From positions 352,001 to 416,000 of the forward strand of contig CAVTBR010000001.1 of assembly GCA_963733055.1 (NCBI GenBank): a stretch of 64,000 nucleotides of DNA, in the 5' to 3' direction. Position 1 is the first letter of the stretch. The number at the start of each line of letters is the position of its first letter. Made by a program: the position numbers and the translations under genes. The notes beneath the pieces are model-generated. The model was not told where the DNA came from. It searched no databases and saw only the letters and a program-made list of their open reading frames with translations. This document shows, one piece after another, positions 1 to 8,069 of the stretch. The stretch comes from Candidatus Bathyarchaeota archaeon (GTDB lineage: Archaea; Thermoproteota; Bathyarchaeia; 40CM-2-53-6).

Positions 1-1739
1 TAGGCGAAGCAGTTGTAGGCGGGAAAGTGGTTCCCGACAAGTTCTACGTCTGCAAGAAAAACGGAGCCATAGTCGGACGAAGGCTGGGACAGAAGGAAGT
101 ATACGCAAAATACGACACCAAAGGAACCACGTTCGCCAACACGCCAAAAGACCTGCGTACAAAATTCTCCTTGACAGAGAACCAGATCAAGGATCTGGTT
201 CAATTTGCGAAACAGATAGAGGGCCACTACAAGAAACCTATGGACATCGAATGGGCCCTCGAGGGGAGGAGCACGTACATTCTGCAAGCTAGGCCGGAAA
301 CCGTTCAGTCAGCAAAAGGCACACAGGAAGAGGTTTACCACCTCAAAGGCGACGGAAAACTGTTGGTCGAAGGAATCGCCGTTGGTGGTAAGATAGGGCA
401 AGGGAAACCCAACGTAATGAGTAGCGCAAACGAAATGAAAAATTTCGAGAGAGGACAGATTCTCGTCACGAAAGAGACGACCCCGGCATGGGAGCCCGTC
501 ATGGAAAAGTCTGCCGCGATAGTGACGGAGCAAGGTGGGACAACGTCCCACGCGGCAATCGTCTCCAGAGAATTGGGAAAACCATGTGTCGTGGGGGCGA
601 GAAGAGTGACGCAACTTCTAACCAACCACAAGGAGCCCATTACTGTCGATTGTAGCACCGGGGTTGGAAGAATCTACGAAGGACTCGTCCCATTCGAAGT
701 CGAAAACTTCGACCTTACAACTCTACCCTCTACGAAAACCAAGATAATGATGAACATGGCCGTACCCGAGGGAGCGTTGGTACACGCAAGGAAAGCCGAT
801 GGTGTCGGTCTTCTAAGGATTGAATTTGTTTACGGAAACAATGTCGGCATTCATCCTGCCGCATTGCTACAATATGAGAATCTCAAGAACAGCCCTCAAG
901 AAATTCTACGTGCACCGCCGAGAAATGAAGACGTTCAATACCTGAAGCACACACTCTCAGAAATTGAATCCAGAACGCGAGGATACGATAACAAGCCGGA
1001 ATTCCTCGTCGAGAAACTGAGAGAGGGGATCGCCATCGTTGCGGCAGCCGTGGAACCGAAGCCAGTTATCGTACGGTTCTCGGATTTCAAGTCGAACGAA
1101 TACCAAGCCCTCGTCGGCGGAAAGATCTTCGAAAAGGAAGAAAACAACCCCATGCTTGGGTGGCGGGGCGCCTCACGTTACCCGCATACGGAATTTGCTG
1201 AGGCCTTCAGGCTAGAGTGTAGGGCGTTAAGGGAAGCCAGAGAACTTGGCTTTCAAAACATCATACCCATGATACCCTTCGTACGCACCGTAGAAGAAGC
1301 AAAAGCCGTACTCGAACTGATGAAAGAGGAAGGGCTAGAGCACGGCAAAGACGGTTTGCAAGTGTACATGATGGCCGAGATCCCTTCAAACGTTTTCCTC
1401 GCCGACGAATTCGCGAAACTCTTCGATGGATTCAGTATAGGCTCAAACGACCTAGCCTCACTCGTTCTAGGCGTGGACAGGGATAATGCAAAACTCGCAA
1501 AGAGCGTATTCGACGAGAGAAACCCAGCCGTCAAAATGGCCATCGAACACCTAATCAAGACGGCCCATAAACGTGGAATCAAGATTGGGATATGCGGCCA
1601 AGCACCAAGTGATTACCCGGAGATCGTTGAATTCCTAGTAGAAAACGGCATAGACAGTATCTCCCTAAACCCCGACGTCATCGGCCGAATGAAACAAGTC
1701 GTCGCGAAAGTTGAAGAAAAATACAATAAGTCGGTCTAA
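1..1739 (+). CDS. ppsA: Phosphoenolpyruvate synthase / pyruvate,water dikinase (5'-truncated by window edge)
   Basis: Frame open from the window start (GEAVVGGKVVPD); motifs DIEWA, ILQARPETV, phospho-His GGTTSHAAI, EENNPMLGWRGASRY, SIGSNDL, ICGQAPSD. Confidence 0.95.
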   Translation, partial: GEAVVGGKVVPDKFYVCKKNGAIVGRRLGQKEVYAKYDTKGTTFANTPKDLRTKFSLTENQIKDLVQFAKQIEGHYKKPMDIEWALEGRSTYILQARPETVQSAKGTQEEVYHLKGDGKLLVEGIAVGGKIGQGKPNVMSSANEMKNFERGQILVTKETTPAWEPVMEKSAAIVTEQGGTTSHAAIVSRELGKPCVVGARRVTQLLTNHKEPITVDCSTGVGRIYEGLVPFEVENFDLTTLPSTKTKIMMNMAVPEGALVHARKADGVGLLRIEFVYGNNVGIHPAALLQYENLKNSPQEILRAPPRNEDVQYLKHTLSEIESRTRGYDNKPEFLVEKLREGIAIVAAAVEPKPVIVRFSDFKSNEYQALVGGKIFEKEENNPMLGWRGASRYPHTEFAEAFRLECRALREARELGFQNIIPMIPFVRTVEEAKAVLELMKEEGLEHGKDGLQVYMMAEIPSNVFLADEFAKLFDGFSIGSNDLASLVLGVDRDNAKLAKSVFDERNPAVKMAIEHLIKTAHKRGIKIGICGQAPSDYPEIVEFLVENGIDSISLNPDVIGRMKQVVAKVEEKYNKSV

Positions 1740-1756
1740 CCGACTAGTACGTTCCA

Positions 1757-2167
1757 CTAAGTCATACCCATCTTAGCCAATTTCTGGAAATCCGTCATAC
1801 TCTGAACCAGATCTGTTTGGCTAACTATTCCGATTATCTTGTCATGTTCCGTTACGATCAGTCTTTTCACCCTCTTCTCCACCATTCTACGGGCCGCGTC
1901 AATGAGCGGAGAGGAAGCATCAATCGTAACTAAGGGTGCGGTCATCATCTCAGCGACTGTGACTTTCGAAGGATCGCTTACGCCTGCAACGATCTTGTCC
2001 ACCAAATCTCTCTCGGTGACTATGCCGAACGGTAAACCGTCCCTATTGGCGATCAAGGAACCGATTCGTTTCTCCACCATTAATTTCGCGGCCTCTCGTG
2101 CTTTGGCCTTAGAATCTATCGAAACGATCGTGCGCATGATTTGGCGAACAGTGATTTCGGATGTCAA
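1757..2167 (-). CDS. Tandem CBS-domain protein
   Basis: Two CBS repeats (IGSL..GIVTERDL; VKRL..GIVSQTDL). Confidence 0.9.
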   Translation of the reverse strand: MTSEITVRQIMRTIVSIDSKAKAREAAKLMVEKRIGSLIANRDGLPFGIVTERDLVDKIVAGVSDPSKVTVAEMMTAPLVTIDASSPLIDAARRMVEKRVKRLIVTEHDKIIGIVSQTDLVQSMTDFQKLAKMGMT

Positions 2168-2420
2168 CTTCGTGCCCTTTTACCGTTAATTGGCTAAATC
2201 CAATTAAAGGATTCTTATCGTGCTCGCTTGTAGGCCGTGGAAGGCTGCTCCGAAGCCAGCGTCGATCAGGAAAACTGAGGTAATCCATCTAGGCAATCTA
2301 GCACTCGTCGAATCTCGTTGGCCCGTTCAGCCATAGAAGAGCTTGTCATGATGAGCAGGGAGTTCGGTCTCCGCGGATTTTTGCGTCCATTTTCTCGACA
2401 ATAAGGAAGCGTCGGGTATT

Positions 2421-2542
2421 TGGTGCCGAGGGCGGGATTTGAATCCGCGACTGGGCCCACCCGTCCGTTGCGATGGTCAACCCGGTCTTCAGCTTCACCC
2501 TTACGTTAAGTCGGGTGCTCTCCCAGGCTGAGCTACCTCGGC
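2421..2542 (-). tRNA. tRNA-Phe(GAA) with two non-canonical introns (2494-2511 at 30/31; 2451-2477 at about 46/47), CCA encoded
   Basis: Removing both introns gives GCCGAGG-TA-GCTCAGCCTGGGAGAGC-A-CCCGG-CTGAAGA-CCGGG-TTGTC-GCGGA-TTCAAAT-CCCGC-CCTCGGC-ACCA; intron 1 forms a BHB (central helix CACC/GGTG, bulges CGA and AAG, inner helix CTTA/TAAG). Confidence 0.9.
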
Positions 2543-2576
2543 GTTCCTGGGCGAAATCCGTTGTGCTGGCCGCGTT

Positions 2577-2591
2577 GAATTAAGCCTTTTT
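2577..2591 (-). promoter_or_regulatory. BRE/TATA-like promoter of tRNA-Phe
   Basis: AAAAAGG-CTTAATT about 35-49 nt upstream of the mature 5' end. Confidence 0.55.
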
Positions 2592-2813
2592 CTCATGAAA
2601 GATACTGATTCTGATATGCAAATTATTTTAGCGAATTGCTGAGAGAACAAAGCGTCGTGAACTTCCCGGACATATGACCGGCTGCGATTCTAGTGACTCC
2701 CATTGGGTCCGATAACTTAACGGGATAAGAATGGGCTAAACCACAGGTAACAGTTTCTCTCTGAAAGGCCCTCGACGCATCGAGTCTCGATTGTGTCGCA
2801 ATTCGAACGACAG

Positions 2814-2867
2814 TATTATAAGGGCGTGTGTCTAATGTGTCTAGACGTATATCGACATAGGAGACAC
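2814..2867 (+). promoter_or_regulatory. TATA box followed by repeated GTGTCTA-like sites (candidate operator)
   Basis: TATTATAA at 2814; GTGTCTA at 2828 and 2837, ATATCGA at 2849, inverted GAGACAC at 2861. Confidence 0.5.
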
Positions 2868-2872
2868 ATACA

Positions 2873-3190
2873 ATGCAGCGAATAAGCACATCCCTTCTGG
2901 CAACCGCCAGGCAACAAGTATTCACGGCCGTAGCCATGGGCGTTGAAATGGCCTTGACCTACGGCGCCATGCCAGTATTCATTAGAGAACTCTCCCCGAC
3001 CGTCTACACGACAATCGTTTTCGTCATAGGCGGCGGAGTTGGGTTCGTAGCAACACATCTCACCAAAACCATAGTGAAGTCCCAACGCGTATGCTTCCTA
3101 AACTCAATCAAAGAAGAGAAAGTTCGCGGAGCCATATACCTCAGCATCCTTACAGCAATCGCCACGGTCGCAATGTTCCTTCACCTGTAA
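2873..3190 (+). CDS. Small hypothetical membrane protein (about 3 TM)
   Basis: Three hydrophobic segments; GGAG and TATA box upstream. Confidence 0.65.
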   Translation: MQRISTSLLATARQQVFTAVAMGVEMALTYGAMPVFIRELSPTVYTTIVFVIGGGVGFVATHLTKTIVKSQRVCFLNSIKEEKVRGAIYLSILTAIATVAMFLHL

Positions 3191-3296
3191 CCAGAACGCT
3201 CCATCCGGCTCAATGGAACGACTCATTGAACCCGAAAGCATTACATTTGCGTTGAGGTCGGCTGTATGCAACTCTCGATTACACTGGCGTTACAGC

Positions 3297-4427
3297 ATGG
3301 CCCAACAGAACCCAAGGAAATGTCCGCAATGTGGCACCATCGCCCGACAAAGGCAGACGTATTGCGGAGGATGTGGCCTACGCCTCACCATATGCTCGAT
3401 CTGTAACACCATTAATCTAGCGTCCTCAGAGTTCTGTCATAGCTGTGGCAAGCCGCTTAAGCTCCGAGGGCTCGCCCCGGAGGAGGCTGAAGGCTCCTTG
3501 CCCTCCGTCGGTGTGGAGAGCAGACAGATCAAGCAACCGAGTAAGCCTGGACCAGCAATAAGTGTCCGTATGCTCGAAACGGAATCATCTGACATGGATG
3601 ATCGTGTGCTCAAGTATTTGGAGGATCACCATGGAGGGATATCGATACGTAGGACGTCTACTGATCTGAACGTAACTTCAGAGCAACTAATCGAGTCACT
3701 CACTCGGTTACAGAAGAAGGGGCTCATCCAGAAGGAAGAAACAGCCTTCGTGGAACGGATGCATAACTGCCACAAGTGTAACAAGACGATAGGAGTAGAC
3801 GAACCCTACTGCCGCTACTGCGGCGCGAAACAGGTATTGATTGAGGAGTTGGAGCCTCAGGCAATTCTTGACCCGCGCACGATGAAGGTGGCGTTGACCA
3901 TGCTCAACCGGGTGGTAGAAGCGAAAGACCATCCAGAATACTCTGTCGTAGACGAGTTGACCACGACCATCGGCGCGGTTGCCCTTGGCGGGGAGAAACC
4001 TCAGGATGCACAGGAACTGTCCTTTCAGGACCAACTCAGGCTGCTAACTCTCGTCTTCGAATATTCGCGCGACAAAGTGATCTACAAGGGCGAATCATTC
4101 GGTGAATACGTCAGGTGGCCTTGGGAAACCATGAAAACCGGCGGCGACTGCGACTGCAAAGTAGTTCTATTGGCTTCCATGCTGGCCAGCCTCGCGTTTC
4201 GAAGAATGCATTTCCTCATACTTCCACCGGGAACGTATATGGACGCGACCAAGCATGAGAACCAAAAACTGCCGGGTCATGCCTTGCTTGAGGTCGAGCT
4301 AACAGACGGCGGAAAAAGAATTCCACTGCGTCTGGATCCGTCTTGCGTGGACTGTGATGTGGATGATATTTCGCGATCGATGAAACCGTTTCTGTCGAGT
4401 TTCTATCGGATCCCAATAATCCCTTGA
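3297..4427 (+). CDS. Zinc-ribbon / winged-helix / transglutaminase-like (Cys-His-Asp) multidomain protein
   Basis: Six CxxC pairs; wH segment VLKYLEDHHGGISI..LTRLQKKGLI; GGDCDCKVVLLASML..GHALLEV..RLDPS triad pattern; start placed at MAQQ (ORF open from 3213). Confidence 0.75.
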   Translation: MAQQNPRKCPQCGTIARQRQTYCGGCGLRLTICSICNTINLASSEFCHSCGKPLKLRGLAPEEAEGSLPSVGVESRQIKQPSKPGPAISVRMLETESSDMDDRVLKYLEDHHGGISIRRTSTDLNVTSEQLIESLTRLQKKGLIQKEETAFVERMHNCHKCNKTIGVDEPYCRYCGAKQVLIEELEPQAILDPRTMKVALTMLNRVVEAKDHPEYSVVDELTTTIGAVALGGEKPQDAQELSFQDQLRLLTLVFEYSRDKVIYKGESFGEYVRWPWETMKTGGDCDCKVVLLASMLASLAFRRMHFLILPPGTYMDATKHENQKLPGHALLEVELTDGGKRIPLRLDPSCVDCDVDDISRSMKPFLSSFYRIPIIP

Positions 4428-4504
4428 AAGCAAACGGTACCGTAGGAGTAGGGGCTAGTCAAGAGCGACTTGCTCAGGGCGTAATTTGACTCTCTTACCC
4501 GTGT

Positions 4505-4861
4505 TCATTTTTTTCTGAGTCGCGACGCGATTTCTGGCGGTAGTGTTTCCCAATCGATTTGCCAGATGTAGCGCGCGGTTTCCTTTGTGTCTTCGTTGAA
4601 ATCTCGTTTTACGATGCCTTCCTCTTCCATGCGGTTGAGGTATTCGCTGATTACGCTTCGGCTTATGCCCAAGTGGTCTGCTAATTTCTCGGTTCCAGCT
4701 TTTCCTCCCAGCTCGGTCATCCCCAGTAGGGTTCTGTACCAGGCTATCCGAATTCTGGGTTGCTTACTCTCAGCGATGGTCTGTTCTAGTTTACCTATAC
4801 GTTGATCGATCTTTGAGAATCTTGATTCGAGCCATTTCTTTAGGTCATCGTCAGCGGTCAT
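4505..4861 (-). CDS. Winged-helix transcriptional regulator with N-terminal coiled coil
   Basis: TEKLADHLGISRSVISEYLNRMEEEGIV HTH plus wing (ARYIW); GGAGAGGAG precedes ATG at 4861. Confidence 0.8.
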   Translation of the reverse strand: MTADDDLKKWLESRFSKIDQRIGKLEQTIAESKQPRIRIAWYRTLLGMTELGGKAGTEKLADHLGISRSVISEYLNRMEEEGIVKRDFNEDTKETARYIWQIDWETLPPEIASRLRKK

Positions 4862-4961
4862 TGGTCTCCTCTCCATCTAGGATGCGCACTTCGAGTGCTG
4901 TGACTCGTTCGTCTATTTGCGTCATCCTTCTTCTGAGCCAGTTCGACAGTTCCTTGTTCAT
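4851..4961 (-). CDS. 36-aa micro-ORF paralogous to the N-terminus of the downstream wHTH regulator (not in ORF track)
   Basis: MNKELSNWLRRRMTQIDERVTALEVRILDGEETNDR; TTTTTAAA about 30 nt upstream; its stop overlaps the start of the wHTH gene. Confidence 0.65.
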   Translation of the reverse strand: MNKELSNWLRRRMTQIDERVTALEVRILDGEETNDR

Positions 4962-4978
4962 TCGTCGTCGGCAGTGTT

Positions 4979-5069
4979 GTGTCTAGGCGTGTTTAAAAAT
5001 GTATCGTCACTTTCGAAAGCCATATAAACTGATGTGTACATTAACGTAGATACACGTATCGACAGGTGA
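4979..5069. promoter_or_regulatory. Divergent promoter region with GTRTCKA-like repeats
   Basis: GTGTCTA 4979, GTGTTTA 4989, GTATCGT 5001, TAGATAC 5047, GTATCGA 5056; minus-strand TATA 4992-4999; plus-strand GAAAG-CCATATAAA about 5015-5028; SD AGGTGA at 5064. Confidence 0.55.
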
Positions 5070-5076
5070 AACAAAA

Positions 5077-5376
5077 ATGGACGCAGTCATTATCGTCTTC
5101 GTTATGGCCACAGGCTTCGTAGCTGTAACTGTTGTTCTACCAATCATATTCTGGTTCACACAAACCAACACCTTCAACCCAACCCCCATACGCCCAATTG
5201 AATACCCAAACAATTCCTACTTCCAAACCAAACCAATCCCAACACCGCAACCTCGACCGACCGCATACACGAGTCAAGCCAACATTCAGAACCATCAGGG
5301 CTTTCAGATCAAGGCGCTGCCTCCCTATCCCGCCGTGAAACGTTCACCGAATAGGAGAATGTTAGTAGCATCTTAA
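5077..5376 (+). CDS. Single-pass membrane protein with P/T/Q/N-rich tail
   Basis: N-terminal hydrophobic helix; good SD and promoter. Confidence 0.6.
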   Translation: MDAVIIVFVMATGFVAVTVVLPIIFWFTQTNTFNPTPIRPIEYPNNSYFQTKPIPTPQPRPTAYTSQANIQNHQGFQIKALPPYPAVKRSPNRRMLVAS

Positions 5377-5396
5377 ACCCGGATCAAGATTCTAGA

Positions 5397-5951
5397 TCAA
5401 CCAGAACCATCTTTATCATTTTGCGCCAAGGGATGCCCGCACTTAGCGCAGAAGGACCTGGCGAAGGGCGGGTTACGAAACCCGCACTCTCTACAAATCA
5501 ATCCTCTTGGAGTTGGCGAGTGCACTCTTGGAATGATGAAGCTTGCAATCGCACCTAGAAGCAGAACAACGGCCAATGATTCCCCCCAAATGTTTCCAAG
5601 CAGTGAGATTGTTTGAGTTGAAACCTGGGTGACGGCGGACGTGATGGTCTGCGTCAAAGTGCCATTAAGAGTAGTGGTGTAGCTCCCTGTGAGAGTTGTC
5701 ACTGAAATCTGTGTCAGAGTTTGAGTCCCGTAAATAGTCGAGTTCAGAGTCTGGGTAGTAGTCGAGTAGTTTACTGCCGGATTCGATATTGTCGTAAGAA
5801 TTGTATTAGTCGAGAATGCCGTTACGACCTGCGTCGAGCTCGAGAGGTAAGTCGACTGAGCCGTTGAGAAATGGATGGATGAATAGAATCCAACAGCGCA
5901 GAAGAACAGAATAAACATAATCGGCCGTAAGTATTTTGATAGTCTAACCAC
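5397..5951 (-). CDS. Membrane protein: signal peptide, S/T-rich stalk, TM helix, C-terminal zinc ribbon
   Basis: CRECG..CAKCG after the TM helix. Confidence 0.75.
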   Translation of the reverse strand: MVRLSKYLRPIMFILFFCAVGFYSSIHFSTAQSTYLSSSTQVVTAFSTNTILTTISNPAVNYSTTTQTLNSTIYGTQTLTQISVTTLTGSYTTTLNGTLTQTITSAVTQVSTQTISLLGNIWGESLAVVLLLGAIASFIIPRVHSPTPRGLICRECGFRNPPFARSFCAKCGHPLAQNDKDGSG

Positions 5952-5956
5952 TTAGA

Positions 5957-7603
5957 TCAAGTCCTCTTCAGCGGTTCGCCGCAGCCGACACAATACTTTC
6001 CTGGATAGGAATTCTTGAACCCGCAACTAGGGCATAAAACTGCTCCGCGCTTCGGAGATCGTTTTATCACATTAACCCCGATAAACAGTGAGGCGATGAG
6101 GAGAATGGCCGCGAGTCCAAGTTCAACAGTAGGGTCCACCACGACCCAGGTAATCGAAGTAGTAGTTGAAGTGACAGTCGAGAGTTGCGTGGCCGCGTAG
6201 TATTGAGACTGCGTCTCTATTGTTCCGCTTGTCGAGAACAGAACGGTCGTCGTCTGCGTATTAGGGACCTGCGTCGTTGATTCCGTGATTATAGTAGCTG
6301 TCTGTGTTGCTGTGTTTGCGATTATGGAGGTACTTGTCACAGGCGTTGTTACCACGTAAGTACTCGTGGTAGTTGTTTTGCTCGTAATCGTGGTCTCCGC
6401 GAATGTCACTTGGAAACTTACCGGAAGATTGGGCATGGTGAAGGCGCAAGTGTTGAACCCTGATTGAGGACCACAAGTGACTCCACTCGTTAGATGATAA
6501 CCCGAAACCACCCATCCCGGGGATGGGGTAGACGTGATCGTGACCATCGACCCGACAACCACTTGGCAGCCCGAGGGGCAATAGGGCGAGACTGCACCTT
6601 GCCCGGTGTAGGTCGTTGTGAGGAGCTGGGTTTCGAAGAAGTTCGCGTTCGCTGAAACCTGATTGTTGGGCATCGTGAACGTGCAAGGGTTTGAACTGAG
6701 CCCACCTGAGCAGGTAACCCCTGTCATGTTCCAGCCAGAGAACGTCCATCCGGGGCCGGGAATAGCGGTTACATTCACTGGTTCCCCTACAGATTGCACG
6801 CAGCCGGATGGGCAAGATGGAGAGACGGATCCTTGTCCGACATATGTGGTCGTGAGGATTGGCGACGCTTGAAGAATGGTTAATGAAATCCTTGAGGATT
6901 GTTGATCGTTAGTCAGATCCTTAAGGTAGAACTGTTGTTGGCCAGGCGGAACCTTTGAAGTCACAAGCATTGAACCCGAAACGTCTCCCTGGGCGTCAGC
7001 TGAGGCTTGGTTCTGGCATGTAGCCGTGCCGTCGTTGTTGGTTGTCAAGCAGGATGCTGCTATGTCGGTCGGAGGAAATCCTGATCCGCGAAACTGAATC
7101 GATTCACCTTGTGAGTAGGAGGTTTTGTCTGTCCAATCAACGTGCAGTTTCGGGCACGGACCTTGTGGGCAACTGATCGTAACGGAGAGTGAAGGAGCTT
7201 GACGCGTTAGTCCTTGAGCCGTGCCAGTAACGGTGATAGTATAGGTTTTGCCGGGTGGGGCTGCCAGGGCGTTGACGACGAGGGTTGTGATGAAGCTGGG
7301 ATTTCCTGAGGGTTGAGCGAAATATGCTGATACCTCGCCGTCTTGCGGTGAAATCTCCGAGGTTAAATTCACAGTTTGAGAGGATCCGGAAACTAATACA
7401 ACAGTTACCTGATCGTACCCTGAACGGTTCGGGGCTACCGAAAGTGAGTACCCACCTAGACTCACGCTGAAATCGAACCCCGCCTGAGCGCTAGCCGCTT
7501 CGTAGGCGTTGACCGCGACCGAAAGGATAGTGAGCGCCAGGAAAACCATCAGAAGGGTTCGGGTCGCGCGATTGATCAAATGCATTTTCCTCGGACGTTG
7601 CAT
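5957..7603 (-). CDS. Cell-surface protein: Ig-like domains, two Cys-rich InlB-B-like repeats, T-rich stalk, TM, C-terminal zinc ribbon
   Basis: Repeated LTTTYxGQGxVSPxCPSGC..VTxxPxPGW..CxFTMPN; CPSCG..CVGCG at the C-terminus. Confidence 0.75.
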   Translation of the reverse strand: MQRPRKMHLINRATRTLLMVFLALTILSVAVNAYEAASAQAGFDFSVSLGGYSLSVAPNRSGYDQVTVVLVSGSSQTVNLTSEISPQDGEVSAYFAQPSGNPSFITTLVVNALAAPPGKTYTITVTGTAQGLTRQAPSLSVTISCPQGPCPKLHVDWTDKTSYSQGESIQFRGSGFPPTDIAASCLTTNNDGTATCQNQASADAQGDVSGSMLVTSKVPPGQQQFYLKDLTNDQQSSRISLTILQASPILTTTYVGQGSVSPSCPSGCVQSVGEPVNVTAIPGPGWTFSGWNMTGVTCSGGLSSNPCTFTMPNNQVSANANFFETQLLTTTYTGQGAVSPYCPSGCQVVVGSMVTITSTPSPGWVVSGYHLTSGVTCGPQSGFNTCAFTMPNLPVSFQVTFAETTITSKTTTTSTYVVTTPVTSTSIIANTATQTATIITESTTQVPNTQTTTVLFSTSGTIETQSQYYAATQLSTVTSTTTSITWVVVDPTVELGLAAILLIASLFIGVNVIKRSPKRGAVLCPSCGFKNSYPGKYCVGCGEPLKRT

Positions 7604-7752
7604 ACATGGGATAGATAGCTCTTTGTCGCTTGATCCCCATGCTTACAAGCCTACCGCAAAGTTCCCTGCCTTCGACAGGTGCATCTTCGCGTAGTTTTCC
7701 TTCGCCCAGCTTGAAACCTCATCTCCTATTCTGTTGCGGTTTTGGACCTGCA

Positions 7753-7765
7753 CGAAGGTTTTTAG
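7753..7765 (+). promoter_or_regulatory. BRE/TATA-like promoter of tRNA-Ala
   Basis: CGAAGG-TTTTTAG about 30-42 nt upstream of the tRNA. Confidence 0.5.
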
Positions 7766-7794
7766 CCGCACGTGAAAAGCTCTCTCGGATTAGT

Positions 7795-7903
7795 GGGCCG
7801 GTAGATCAGCCTGGTATGAGCATCGTCAACTAAGAAACGATGCGATCACATCGTCCGCTTGGCATGCGGGAGGTCGCGGGTTCAAATCCCGCCCGGTCCA
7901 CCA
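7795..7903 (+). tRNA. tRNA-Ala(GGC) with 31-nt D-arm intron (about 7819-7849, position 22/23), CCA encoded
   Basis: Acceptor stem GGGCCGG/CCGGTCC with G3:U70; anticodon arm TCCGC-TTGGCAT-GCGGG; intron stem GCATCGT/ACGATGC; removal restores the GATC/GATC D-stem. Confidence 0.92.
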
Positions 7904-8069
7904 CCGCCGAACTTCACTGAGTCCGAACTGTAGATACCCCGATAATTCCGTGCATTGATTGATTGGCCTCGAAGTTTCTGGACCAAGTTGTGAACTCCTT
8001 CCGACCGATAACACACCATACTTATCTAAAATAGGTGAACGCATGTTCGCCCCTGTCGAGGTGAAACGC

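Noticed and set aside
2266-2460. 64-aa minus-strand ORF
   Set aside because: Starts inside the tRNA-Phe gene and has no recognisable motif
2426-7894. 22-nt near-identical inverted match (GTCGCGG-R-TTCAAATCCCGCCC) as possible att sites or terminal repeats
   Set aside because: Both copies are the T-arms of complete tRNA genes; there is no integrase or transposase and no partial tRNA duplicate
7826-8044. 72-aa ORF containing WWTGRDLNPRPPACQA
   Set aside because: Typical antisense translation of a tRNA gene
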